53,717 nt of DNA from Candidatus Poseidoniaceae archaeon (GTDB lineage Archaea > Thermoplasmatota > Poseidoniia > Poseidoniales > Poseidoniaceae), in assembly GCA_028821785.1 (NCBI GenBank), contig JAPKFC010000003.1, positions 1-53,717 on the forward strand, read 5' to 3'. Each line of letters begins with the position of its first letter. Within the stretch, counting starts at the first letter, position 1. Shown here piece after piece: positions 16,172-26,262 of the stretch. Both the position numbers and the translations under genes were made by a program. Under the pieces are notes generated by a model. It had not been told where the DNA came from, did not search any database, and saw only the letters and a program-made list of their open reading frames with translations.

Positions 16172-17524
16172 ATGCGAGGTATAGCATTGGTAGCGATATT
16201 ATTGCTGGCCGGTTTTACTCCAGCTCTGGGAAATTCTACAGCACAACAACCAGACATTGTTCAAGAACATTGGTACCATTCTTATCTGACGCTGACTCTT
16301 GATGTACAAGCATGGGCTGAAGATTATCCTGAAATCGTCTTATTGACCGTTGCTGGACAGACCGAACTTGGAAAAAATCTATGGGTTGTTCAAATCTCTG
16401 ATTGGACTCAAGATACCAAACCAGATGGTACACAGAAAGAAATTGTTTACATCGATGGTGGGCACCATGGAAATGAGCACCTAGGAACCGAATTGGCATT
16501 CTTAACCGCTGAATATTACATCGAGGGTTGGGCTTCTGGAGATCAAGATGTCATTGATGTTCTTACTACAACTGAACTACACATTCTCATTCTGTTGAAT
16601 GCAGATGGCAATGATATTGACACCCGCTGGAATATCAACCAAGTAGATTTGAATCGAAATTACGACCATTACTGGAATACCTGCCCGACGACCCAGCCAG
16701 GGAGTAGTGCATTTAGTGAATCTGAAACTCTCGCGAATTCTAATTACATGAACACGGTGGTGCCTGATGCTGACCTCTATGTCACTATGCATACTGGAGT
16801 TTGGATAATGCTCTATCCTTGGGGTAAATGGCCTGACCAACCCTCAGATTGGGAGTTATTCCACGGAATAAGGGATGAAGTTCACACAAATATCTCAGAG
16901 ATTCCAATTCAAAATGCAAATCAGGGTTTGTATCCAAATTGTGGAACCAGCAGGGACTATGGATACGGGATAATGGGATTCCCAACTTTCACATTTGAAA
17001 CTGATGATGAGCAATGGTTACCTGGTACAACCGAGCCTTTGTCAGATAGACTTGGAGAAGAATTAGATGTTATGAAATATTTGATTGACAATGTTTGGTA
17101 TTGGAGAGCAAGATTAACGATTGAAGAAATCACAATAGAAGATGATGTAGTAAATTTCGATGTTGTCAATGATGGAAGAACTTCTACAAGGAATGCTACA
17201 CTACAATATCTAAATGAAGAAACTGATGAAATTCTTTGGCAATCAGATAATTTCACTGTTAATACTACAAGTAGAATCAGTGTTTCGACTAATGGATTTG
17301 ATTATGATAATGGAGTCTGGAGGCTATCATACCAAAAACGAATTATCAACAGTGCACAGTGGGTAAATGAAACAGTGGATGAATCACTTGTTTCAATCAT
17401 TAAAGTTGAAGATGATAGTTTCTTACTCGGCTATGGCCTGTTTAATCCTTTATCTATGATAATGGCACTCTCTGTTGTAGCAATTCTCAAGCCCGAATTA
17501 AGTGAAATCGAGACCTCTGAATAG
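16172..17524 (+). CDS. Secreted M14 zinc carboxypeptidase with C-terminal TM anchor
   Basis: Signal peptide; HHGNE, NADG, DLNRNY, MHTG and FTFE motifs. Start moved to MRGIAL (16172), with GAGGAG SD. Confidence 0.9.
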   Translation: MRGIALVAILLLAGFTPALGNSTAQQPDIVQEHWYHSYLTLTLDVQAWAEDYPEIVLLTVAGQTELGKNLWVVQISDWTQDTKPDGTQKEIVYIDGGHHGNEHLGTELAFLTAEYYIEGWASGDQDVIDVLTTTELHILILLNADGNDIDTRWNINQVDLNRNYDHYWNTCPTTQPGSSAFSESETLANSNYMNTVVPDADLYVTMHTGVWIMLYPWGKWPDQPSDWELFHGIRDEVHTNISEIPIQNANQGLYPNCGTSRDYGYGIMGFPTFTFETDDEQWLPGTTEPLSDRLGEELDVMKYLIDNVWYWRARLTIEEITIEDDVVNFDVVNDGRTSTRNATLQYLNEETDEILWQSDNFTVNTTSRISVSTNGFDYDNGVWRLSYQKRIINSAQWVNETVDESLVSIIKVEDDSFLLGYGLFNPLSMIMALSVVAILKPELSEIETSE

Positions 17525-17573
17525 CGGCTCACCATCTAGGGCCTTAAACGCCTCAACTATGTTTGTTTGAGGT

Positions 17574-18380
17574 TCATTGCTGAGGCTCATCGCCCCACCA
17601 AGGAGTCTGTTCTGGTTGTTGTGTGGTTGGTGGAGTGATCGGAGTAACCGGAACTGCCGCTGGTTGAGTGGCTTGTTCAACTGGAGGTTGTTGGGTGAGT
17701 GGTGGAGTAATTGGCGTAATCGGAACTGCGGCTGGTTGAATGACTTGCCCAATATGAGGTTGGGTGATGGTTTGTGTCATTGGTATTTGTCCGGTAACAG
17801 GAGTTTGATACGTTACTTGCCCGCCTGGAATTTGGCCAGAAGTCAATGCTACATTTGGTTTATCATCCAAGGTTAGGGCAAGAATGATACCCAAAATTAA
17901 TATTAATACTGAACAACAAATGCCCATAAATCCGCCAGCTATTGCAAAACCGCCGCCAATGGCTTCCTCCATGCACGCGTCGTCACAATAAGTTCCAGAA
18001 ATATCGACCGCAGCATTGCTATTCAGAGTATATTCCATACCGGACATTTCATGACTTATAGAAGCATATATTTGGCTCTCACCCTCAGAATATTCATATC
18101 CATCATAGTAGCATCCATAATAGTATTCAATCACATCATCCCCTCTACTATCAACAATTGTAAGGTCAACCGATTCGCAATCCACTGGATGAATAATGTA
18201 GACATCAATGCTCCAAGATTCATTTTCATTGACGGTAAAAGTCCCACTTGACTGTTCTTCGAGGTAAATGCGATCTTCACCTGCACTTACGAGCCCACCG
18301 ATACCCGCACCCGCACTAATACCGCTGAAGATGAACATGAGAACTCCGATGCCAAGAATGACTTTGCTAGCGATGTGCAT
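17574..18380 (-). CDS. Hypothetical 2-TM membrane protein with Pro/Gln/Thr-rich cytoplasmic tail
   Basis: N-terminal TM, acidic beta-rich loop, second TM, low-complexity tail; TTGATAAC 22 nt upstream. Confidence 0.7.
   Translation of the reverse strand: MHIASKVILGIGVLMFIFSGISAGAGIGGLVSAGEDRIYLEEQSSGTFTVNENESWSIDVYIIHPVDCESVDLTIVDSRGDDVIEYYYGCYYDGYEYSEGESQIYASISHEMSGMEYTLNSNAAVDISGTYCDDACMEEAIGGGFAIAGGFMGICCSVLILILGIILALTLDDKPNVALTSGQIPGGQVTYQTPVTGQIPMTQTITQPHIGQVIQPAAVPITPITPPLTQQPPVEQATQPAAVPVTPITPPTTQQPEQTPWWGDEPQQ
17629..17739 (-). repeat. Two imperfect 39-nt coding repeats (QPAAVP[I/V]TPITPP)
   Basis: 17629-17667 vs 17701-17739: 34/39 identical, 72-nt period. Confidence 0.8.
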
Positions 18381-18401
18381 GATACGGTCAAGTGCCTTCT
18401 C

Positions 18402-18409
18402 GTTATCAA
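18402..18409 (-). promoter_or_regulatory. TATA-like box TTGATAAC
   Basis: GTTATCAA on the + strand, 22 nt upstream of the ATG at 18380. Confidence 0.45.
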
Positions 18410-18557
18410 GGTGTCTAAAGGTGATTATTGTCCAAAATCAAAACCGAAGCAAAAGGGTCGTTTTGAACGGTTAGGATTCTCTATTGCCAATGATTATTGA
18501 AATTAAGTCGTAATTAGATTGAAATGCTGTAGCCCGTAGGCACTAATAGGTGAAAGC

Positions 18558-20045
18558 ATGGAAATCACAGTAAGTTCAGGAAACAATATCAATGGTACTC
18601 TAATTCTACCACTTTTTCAAGGTACAGAAAAGTTAGATGATTCAATCGTGGGCATCCCTGCTCAATTAAGAAGCCAGATTAACAATGTGTTATCTGACAA
18701 TGATTTCAAAGCAAAGGCAAAATCTACTCTTACGCTTCTTGGAACTGAAGGTGGAAAGGCAATGCTAGTTGGACTTGGCAAGAAAGAAGATGCTGATGCA
18801 AACACATATAGAAAAGCTGGTGCTCGTGTAGTAAAGGCTAGAGGAAAAGCCCATGGAACTGAATTGACTGTGAAATTAGATTCAACTAAAATTGAATTGG
18901 TCTCTGCATTTGCTGAAGGACTACTATTACGAGATTACTCCTATAATCACTACAAAACAATGGATGAAGATGACAAAGAAGATGATCTCAGTGCTAGAAT
19001 TATTTGTGATGAAAGTATTGAAGAAGAGTTGAATGAATCTGTTCGGATTGCTACTGGTGTTGCTTCTGGAGTTCACCTTTCTAGAGACTTAGGAAATGCT
19101 CCACCAAATGATATGTATCCAATGGCATATGCTAAGAAAGCAATGGATTGGGCAAAGCAATATGATTCTGTTAGTGTTGGCGTAATAACTTACGAAGAGG
19201 CTATTGAACATGGAATGGGTGGACTTATCGCCGTCGGTAAAGGTAGTGCAAGAAAACCATGTATGGTTATCTTCAAAATGAATGAGCACCTTGAGGGACG
19301 TTGTCCTGTCATAGTTGGAAAAGGAATCACATTTGACACCGGTGGAATTTCATTGAAGCCAGGTCAAAACATGGATGAAATGAAGTACGACATGGGTGGC
19401 TCTGCTACTGTATTTGGAATGATGGAAGCTCTTGCTTCTACTGGACATACAGGCAAGGTCATTGGAATTACTTGTATGGCCGAAAACATGCCATCTTCCA
19501 ATGCTCAACGCCCTGGTGACGTTATCAAAACGCTTTCTGGCAAGACCATCGAGATTTTGAACACCGATGCTGAAGGACGATTGGTTCTAGCCGATGGTCT
19601 GTGGAAGGCTGGTGATTACGATCCTGAATATATTATTGATTTCGCAACTCTTACTGGAGCCTGTGTAGTAGCACTCGGACATGAAGCGACTGGCCTATGG
19701 TCTAACGACGATGATTTCCGAAACACTATCCACGAAGCAGGAAATGCTGTTGATGAACTGGCATGGCCAATGCCACTATTGCCTGCATTCGAGAAAGAGA
19801 TTACCGATTCAAAGATTGCTGATACTCGTAACCTTGGTGCTGGGCGCTGGGGTGGAGCAAATACCGCAGCTGCATTCTTGAAACAATTCGTACCAATGCG
19901 AGGCGAAGGAGATGACGCAGAACAAATCCCTTGGGCTCACATGGATATTGCAGGTACCTTCTGGGGTGCAAAGACCAACGACATGGTTGGTCATGGTGCA
20001 TCTGGAATACATGTTAGAACCCTTTACCACTTAATCACACAGTGA
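18558..20045 (+). CDS. pepA: Leucyl aminopeptidase (M17)
   Basis: VGKGITFDTGGISLKP, MKYDMGG, NTDAEGRLVLAD and ATLTGA motifs. Confidence 0.95.
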   Translation: MEITVSSGNNINGTLILPLFQGTEKLDDSIVGIPAQLRSQINNVLSDNDFKAKAKSTLTLLGTEGGKAMLVGLGKKEDADANTYRKAGARVVKARGKAHGTELTVKLDSTKIELVSAFAEGLLLRDYSYNHYKTMDEDDKEDDLSARIICDESIEEELNESVRIATGVASGVHLSRDLGNAPPNDMYPMAYAKKAMDWAKQYDSVSVGVITYEEAIEHGMGGLIAVGKGSARKPCMVIFKMNEHLEGRCPVIVGKGITFDTGGISLKPGQNMDEMKYDMGGSATVFGMMEALASTGHTGKVIGITCMAENMPSSNAQRPGDVIKTLSGKTIEILNTDAEGRLVLADGLWKAGDYDPEYIIDFATLTGACVVALGHEATGLWSNDDDFRNTIHEAGNAVDELAWPMPLLPAFEKEITDSKIADTRNLGAGRWGGANTAAAFLKQFVPMRGEGDDAEQIPWAHMDIAGTFWGAKTNDMVGHGASGIHVRTLYHLITQ

Positions 20046-20244
20046 ATTAATTGTAGTTTAAGAGTGATTTGCTAATGCAAAGCATGAACTGATGTAATAT
20101 CACTAATTTTACGCTTAATATTGATAATTTCGCCCTTTCTCTTAGCAACACACATCTAAGTCACAAGAGCGGAGCAATCGTTGAGTTCATATAGGTCCGT
20201 ACATAGGGCACTATGTAACTGAAGGTTCAGTAGTGGTGAGATAG

Positions 20245-20967
20245 ATGTCAGGCGGCGAAGATTGGGAAGAAAAATTAATTGAACAGTTGTCGGAAATGTT
20301 TCGAAACATGGGCATGCCAATCGATAAAGACCAACTGCGCAAGTTGATGGAACAATTCCGTGACCAATTTGAAGGAATGGGCATTGATGCTGAAAAGATT
20401 GCAAAGGGTGAAGTTAATTTCAATTTCGATTTGTCTAATTTGGCTAAAATGTTTGCCAAAGGTGACGACCTTAATGACATCTTGAAAAATATGGGTATGG
20501 CTGTAGAAGTCGATGCCGCTGTAGAAATCCCTACTCCTACTTCTGAAAAGAAAAACGATGTCATTATTGATTTGCCATCCGATGATATTTACTTAGATGG
20601 CTGGAATATGAGCGTTACTATTGACTTCTCACTACGTGGCGAAGTTGAACAGGATCAAGTAGAACTATCATTGGTAGATGGAGGACAACAAATTGAAGTT
20701 CTCAAAAATAACCAGACACAACCATTGGCAAGAATTGCCCTGCCCCATCAATGTGAAGATGTAGTTGAATTCAGTCTCAACAACGGTATTCTAGACATTA
20801 CTCTAAAATTAACACCTCAAGGTTCAGCCACTGAACCAACTGCAGATCATGTTGATTTAGATGATGAAGATTATGACGACAATACACCTTTGTCCGATAA
20901 TGTCAGTATTGATTTTGATGATGATGACGATGATGATGATGAAGATGGTGGAATTAAAATCTTCTGA
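20245..20967 (+). CDS. Small heat-shock protein (Hsp20/alpha-crystallin-like) with acidic C-terminal extension
   Basis: Met/Phe-rich helical N-terminus, NNGILDITL alpha-crystallin strand, terminal IKI (IxI) motif; lies directly upstream of dnaK. Confidence 0.7.
   Translation: MSGGEDWEEKLIEQLSEMFRNMGMPIDKDQLRKLMEQFRDQFEGMGIDAEKIAKGEVNFNFDLSNLAKMFAKGDDLNDILKNMGMAVEVDAAVEIPTPTSEKKNDVIIDLPSDDIYLDGWNMSVTIDFSLRGEVEQDQVELSLVDGGQQIEVLKNNQTQPLARIALPHQCEDVVEFSLNNGILDITLKLTPQGSATEPTADHVDLDDEDYDDNTPLSDNVSIDFDDDDDDDDEDGGIKIF
20917..20940 (+). repeat. (GAY)8 trinucleotide run encoding poly-Asp
   Basis: gatgatgatgacgatgatgatgat. Confidence 0.85.
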
Positions 20968-21009
20968 ATAATAATATTATAGCACAAGTGAAAAAAGGAA
21001 TGTGAAAAA

Positions 21010-22905
21010 ATGAGTAAAGTAATAGGAATTGATTTAGGAACTACGAATAGCTGTGTTGCAACGATAGAAAATGGTGACCCGGTCATCATTCCAAATGCTG
21101 AAGGTGCAAGAACGACTCCTTCGGTTGTAGCATTTGCAAAAGATGGTTCAGAACGACTTATCGGAGTTGTCGCAAAGCGCCAAGCGGTAACAAATCCAGA
21201 ACGAACTATCCTCTCTGTAAAAAGACATATGGGGACTGACTGGTCGACAAAAATTGATGATGCTGAGTACACACCTCAAGAAGTATCTGCATTTATCTTG
21301 CAAAAGTTGAAGGCTGATGCTGAAGCCTATTTGGGTACTGATGTTAAGCAAGCTGTCATCACATGCCCTGCATACTTTACCGATGCTCAAAGAAAAGCAA
21401 CTAAGGATGCTGGTAGAATTGCTGGTCTAGAAGTTCTAAGAATTATCAACGAGCCAACTGCTGCTGCATTGGCATATGGAGTGGACAAAGGAGATGAGGC
21501 AACTATTCTGGTTTACGATCTTGGTGGTGGAACATTCGATGTATCTATCCTAGAAATATACGAAGTTGATGGGCAACCACAAATTGAAGTTAAGGCAACC
21601 GCTGGAAATAACAAACTTGGTGGAGACGACTTTGATGACTTGGTCATTGGATGGTTAGTCGCTGAATTCAAGAAATCAACTGGAATTGACTTAAGCAAAG
21701 ATGTTCAAGCTCTATCACGCCTCAAGGAGGCTGCTGAAAAGGCAAAGATTGAACTTTCTGGTACTCAAACAACTCAAATTAATTTACCATTTGTCACAAT
21801 GAAGGATGGTCAACCAGAACATCTGGATATTACTTTGACCCGCGCTAAGTTTGAAGATTTAATCTCTAAGTTGATTGAAAAGACAATGCGTCCAACTCGC
21901 CAGGCTATGAAAGATGCTGGTGTGAAGAAAGGAGATGTTGACAAAGTAATTCTCGTAGGTGGTTCAACACGTGTACCTGCTGTTCAGACTGCTGTTGAAA
22001 AGGAAGCCGGTAAAGAGCCATACAAGGGAATTAACCCCGATGAAGCCGTTGCAATGGGTGCTGCTATACAAGCAGGAATTATTGCGGGTGATGAAGGTGT
22101 TTCCGACATATTACTGCTCGATGTAACGCCTCTAACACTTGGAATTGAAACTCTTGGTGGAGTAATGACCACAATGATTGAGCGCAATACAACAATTCCT
22201 TCACGACGCTCTGAGATCTATTCTACCGCTTCCGATAATCAACCTGCTGTAGAAATACATGTTTTGCAAGGTGAACGTGAATTCGCAAAGGACAATGTCA
22301 CACTTGGACAATTCCATCTCGGCGGTATTCCTGCTGCTCAGCGTGGCGTTCCTCAAATTGAAGTCACCTTTGACATAGATGCAAATGGAATCGTCAATGT
22401 TAGTGCAAAGGACATGGGTACTGGTAAGGAACAATCAGTTAAAATGGAATCTAACACCTCACTAAGCGAAGATGAAATCCAATCAAAGATTGAAGAGGCT
22501 GAAAGTTTTGCTGAGGAAGATAAAACTCGCAAAGCTAAGGTTGAACTTAGGAATATGGCAGACCAGGTAGTCTACCAAACCCGTCGCACCTTAGAAGAAA
22601 ATGCTGAGAAATTAGATGATGCTGATGTCGACCCTGTAAAGTCCCTATTGGACGAACTTGAAAAGATGGTTCAGGATGAAGAGGGCAAGCCTCTTGATCT
22701 AGATGATGTTGATGAAGCATCTATTCAGACCAAGGTAAAGGAAATTGAAGAAGCAATGCACGCTGTATCCTCTAAGTTATACGAGGCTGCTGCTGCTGAA
22801 ATGGCTGAACAAGAAGGTAATTCAGATACTGACGATGGCGATATCAACGTTGATGGTGACGATGCTGTCGTAGATGCTGATTTTGAAGTCGTTGACGAAG
22901 ATTGA
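21010..22905 (+). CDS. dnaK: Chaperone DnaK (Hsp70), short archaeal/Gram-positive type
   Basis: [26 protein letters not shown] and NPDEAVA; lacks the N-terminal diderm-type insert; acidic DADFEVVD tail. Confidence 0.98.
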   Translation: MSKVIGIDLGTTNSCVATIENGDPVIIPNAEGARTTPSVVAFAKDGSERLIGVVAKRQAVTNPERTILSVKRHMGTDWSTKIDDAEYTPQEVSAFILQKLKADAEAYLGTDVKQAVITCPAYFTDAQRKATKDAGRIAGLEVLRIINEPTAAALAYGVDKGDEATILVYDLGGGTFDVSILEIYEVDGQPQIEVKATAGNNKLGGDDFDDLVIGWLVAEFKKSTGIDLSKDVQALSRLKEAAEKAKIELSGTQTTQINLPFVTMKDGQPEHLDITLTRAKFEDLISKLIEKTMRPTRQAMKDAGVKKGDVDKVILVGGSTRVPAVQTAVEKEAGKEPYKGINPDEAVAMGAAIQAGIIAGDEGVSDILLLDVTPLTLGIETLGGVMTTMIERNTTIPSRRSEIYSTASDNQPAVEIHVLQGEREFAKDNVTLGQFHLGGIPAAQRGVPQIEVTFDIDANGIVNVSAKDMGTGKEQSVKMESNTSLSEDEIQSKIEEAESFAEEDKTRKAKVELRNMADQVVYQTRRTLEENAEKLDDADVDPVKSLLDELEKMVQDEEGKPLDLDDVDEASIQTKVKEIEEAMHAVSSKLYEAAAAEMAEQEGNSDTDDGDINVDGDDAVVDADFEVVDED

Positions 22906-23009
22906 TTGATTTCATCTACGAATATTGTGAAATAATTGCTAATCTTGTGATATTCTATTGATGAGATTAGAAGCGTTTGGCTTATTGATGAGTGGTTGGT
23001 GGCTTGTCT

Positions 23010-24602
23010 ATGAGCGATGCATCAATCCTCTCCGATACCGACCGAACCACCGGTCGCGATGCTCTGCGCAAGAATATTCAAGCTGCACTTGCATTGTCAG
23101 GTGCTATTCGCTCAACACTCGGTCCACGAGGTCTTGACAAATTGTTAATCGACGATACTGGACGAACCCTGACTACCAATGATGGAGTCACTGTTCTTGA
23201 AACTGCAAAGGTAGAACATCCTGTGGCAAAAATGCTAATCAATGCCTCATCTGTACAAGATAAAATTGCAAGAGATGGCACTACAACTACCGTGCTAATT
23301 AGTGCAGAAATGTTGAACAATGCTTGGCATCTTGTAACCCAAGGAGTTCACCCCTCAATGATTGCGCGTGGTTATCGCATGGCTGAAGAGTTCTGCCGAA
23401 CAGAATTACCAACTTTCACTATCGATGCTGCAAAAGAGGACCTATTAGTAGCAACCAAAACTGCACTTGCAGGGAAAAGTCATGAGGCAATGCGTGCACA
23501 TTTAGCCCGCATATCGGTTGAAGCTGCTGAAATTATTATCGACACTCGATCAGGTGTAACCATTGCCGACCCAACAAGAGTCAAGGTGCTTTCACAAAGT
23601 GGAGGCGTTGTTACTGATTCCCAATTGGTCACTGGATTAGTATTAGCAAAAAAGCGAATACTTGAAGCAATGCCGAAGAAAATTGGAGCCGGTAAAGTTC
23701 TTTTGATAAACGGTGGAATTGAGAGGCGCTCTATGGCATCTGAAATGAAACTAAAGGTAACATCTCCTGGTATTCTTCAATCCTTTAGAGATAAGGAAAT
23801 CGAAATGTTGATGCAACAGGTCAAGCATTTACAATCTCTTGGTGTTACTTTATTAGCCTGCAAAGAAGGAATTGATGATGATATACGCTCTGCACTAAAC
23901 GAAGCCGGCATTCAAGCATTTAGAAGAGTCGCTAGAGAAGATTTAGATTTACTCGCCAGAGGTTGTGGGGCCACATTATTATATGATGTAAAAGGGGCAA
24001 CTGCTAGTGATTTAGGTGTCTTTATTGAATCAAGAAATGAAATGTGGAATGGTGTAGCGCACTGGATTGTAGACACTGAAGAAGGCGGTGCGACTTTCAT
24101 TGCCCGCGGTTCAACTACTGATGTATTGGGAGAAGTTGAGAGATGCTTTGCTGATGCACTTGGTGTTGCATGCCAATTATTAGAAGAACCTTTGTTATTG
24201 GCTGGTGGAGGTGCTACACAAGTTGCTTTAGCAAGAAAACTAAGAAGATATGCTGAAACAATTCCTGGTAGAGAACAATTGGCGGTTGAAGCCTTCGCTG
24301 ATGCATTGGAGATTATTCCAAGAGTACTCGCAGAAAATGCTGGATTAGATCCAATCAACACTTTACTGGAAGTTGTTGCTTCTCAAAGTAACGCAAATGA
24401 TGATGTCTCGCATCACTTTGGATTGGATGTAAACACAAGATCGCCTGCTAATATGATTGAAAACGGTGTCCTTGAACCTCTAAGGATTACACGACAAGCA
24501 ATTAGTGGTGCTACTGAAGCAGCCGTTTCGATTCTTCGTATAGATGATGTGTTGTGGGCAAAGGCTGATGCAACGGCACCAGACTTGCCAGATATGGATT
24601 AA
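23010..24602 (+). CDS. Thermosome (group II chaperonin) subunit, divergent
   Basis: TLGPRGLDK, TNDG, RDGTTT, ADALG, GGGA and LRIDD motifs; start moved to MSDAS (23010). Confidence 0.9.
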   Translation: MSDASILSDTDRTTGRDALRKNIQAALALSGAIRSTLGPRGLDKLLIDDTGRTLTTNDGVTVLETAKVEHPVAKMLINASSVQDKIARDGTTTTVLISAEMLNNAWHLVTQGVHPSMIARGYRMAEEFCRTELPTFTIDAAKEDLLVATKTALAGKSHEAMRAHLARISVEAAEIIIDTRSGVTIADPTRVKVLSQSGGVVTDSQLVTGLVLAKKRILEAMPKKIGAGKVLLINGGIERRSMASEMKLKVTSPGILQSFRDKEIEMLMQQVKHLQSLGVTLLACKEGIDDDIRSALNEAGIQAFRRVAREDLDLLARGCGATLLYDVKGATASDLGVFIESRNEMWNGVAHWIVDTEEGGATFIARGSTTDVLGEVERCFADALGVACQLLEEPLLLAGGGATQVALARKLRRYAETIPGREQLAVEAFADALEIIPRVLAENAGLDPINTLLEVVASQSNANDDVSHHFGLDVNTRSPANMIENGVLEPLRITRQAISGATEAAVSILRIDDVLWAKADATAPDLPDMD

Positions 24603-24690
24603 GTTGACTAAACTTAGACCATCTTGAAAACGATGATATTACGACTATGCCGGTATCTTGTTCAAATAAGAGATTGAATTAGATGTATTC

Positions 24691-26262
24691 ATGAGTAAAG
24701 AATCTCAAATTCCTGTGGGCGTTGATGATATTGCTATTCACTTCCCACGGTTATTCATGGATATGAGGGTTTTTGCTGAAATGCGCGGTGCTAATTTTGC
24801 TAAACTTAACAAGGGACTTGGACTAACTGCGATGTCTATTCCTGACGTTCATGAAGATACTGCGACGATGGGGGCAATGGCAGTAATGCAGATAATTGAT
24901 CGCAATGGTTTGAACCCTAGTGACATTGGAAGAATGTATCTAGGTACTGAATCTGCATTGGATGGGGCAAAACCAACTGCGACCTATATTGTCGATATGT
25001 TAACTCAGCGCTATCAAGAACGATACGGTAGTGATTGTTTCGTCAATTGTGATGTAGTGGATATGACCTTTGCTTGTATCGGTGCTGTTGATGCTCTGCA
25101 TACTACATTGGATTGGGTTGCTCGCTCAACTGAGGAAGATGAACGAATAGGAATAGTAATTTTCTCTGATAATGCAAAATACGCACTTGAATCATCTGGT
25201 GAATATACCCAGGGTGCAGGTGGTGGTGCACTGTTGATTAAACAAAATCCTAGGTTACTTGAAATTCCTGATTGTTTTGGTGTTTCAACAACTCCAGTCC
25301 ACGACTTCTTCAAACCAAGGCGTAATGTTTCTATTCATTCAGTTATTACAAATGTAATGCAATTAGCACAGGAAACTGGTCAAACGGTAAAGAAAGGTCT
25401 TGTCGGAAGGATGATCAAACATCTTCCAGAATCCACTGTAAGAAAATTAGGAATTTTCGCACATGGTGAAAACTCAGTTAATGTTCATCGCGATGAACCT
25501 ATTTTTGATGGTCAATTTTCCAATAGATGCTTCCAAACTGCGGTTCGTCAAGCATTCAAGAATTTTGTCAAAAAGGCAAAATCAAATGGGCGCTATGACA
25601 GCGAAGTTGATGAAAGGTTTACCGAGCAGTGGTCAAGGATTATCATGCATCTTCCATATGCCTTCCAGGCAAAAAGAATGTTCCCTGATATATTTCGTCA
25701 TGACCGCTTAGGCACTCCAGAGTGGGAATTGATTGTGAAGAAAATAGGGGAACCGCCAATCGAAACAGAATCAAAAGACGCCAAGGTCATCGAGGCATGG
25801 GAGAAAGAAATGGATAATTATCGCCGTGCAATTTCAAAGACCGAAGAATACATTGCATTTCATGCATCACGGATTGAGAAGGGTCAACGTGCCTCCAGTT
25901 TAATTGGAAATCAATATACTGGCTCTATCTTCCTCGCATTGATGTCCACATTTGAATCAGACTTAGAAGCAAATTGTAATTTAGATGAGGACTATTTCGG
26001 ACTTTGTGGATATGGCTCAGGTGCGAAAGCAAAGGTGTTCGAAGCAAAGGTCAACCCACGATGGAGAGAAGTTGTTTCTCGTTGGCATTTGTTTGAAAGA
26101 CTTGGAGGCAGGGTGGCAATAGACCAAATTACCTACGAAAGTCTTCACAAAGGCACTCAAGATAAGTCGGTAATCTCACCTAATGGAGAATTCGCTTTGG
26201 TGGAAATTGGCGAAGAGGGTGTCATGGAAGGATCCAGACACTATGAATGGATTTCAGCTTGA
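24691..26262 (+). CDS. mvaS: Hydroxymethylglutaryl-CoA synthase, bacterial type
   Basis: LGTES (catalytic Glu), FACIGA (Cys), EYTQGAG, HLPY, IGNQYTGS and YGSG motifs. Confidence 0.88.
   Translation: MSKESQIPVGVDDIAIHFPRLFMDMRVFAEMRGANFAKLNKGLGLTAMSIPDVHEDTATMGAMAVMQIIDRNGLNPSDIGRMYLGTESALDGAKPTATYIVDMLTQRYQERYGSDCFVNCDVVDMTFACIGAVDALHTTLDWVARSTEEDERIGIVIFSDNAKYALESSGEYTQGAGGGALLIKQNPRLLEIPDCFGVSTTPVHDFFKPRRNVSIHSVITNVMQLAQETGQTVKKGLVGRMIKHLPESTVRKLGIFAHGENSVNVHRDEPIFDGQFSNRCFQTAVRQAFKNFVKKAKSNGRYDSEVDERFTEQWSRIIMHLPYAFQAKRMFPDIFRHDRLGTPEWELIVKKIGEPPIETESKDAKVIEAWEKEMDNYRRAISKTEEYIAFHASRIEKGQRASSLIGNQYTGSIFLALMSTFESDLEANCNLDEDYFGLCGYGSGAKAKVFEAKVNPRWREVVSRWHLFERLGGRVAIDQITYESLHKGTQDKSVISPNGEFALVEIGEEGVMEGSRHYEWISA

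Noticed and set aside
26254-26262. 9-nt convergent overlap of mvaS and tdh
   Set aside because: Short tail-to-tail overlaps and near-zero gaps are common in this compact window.
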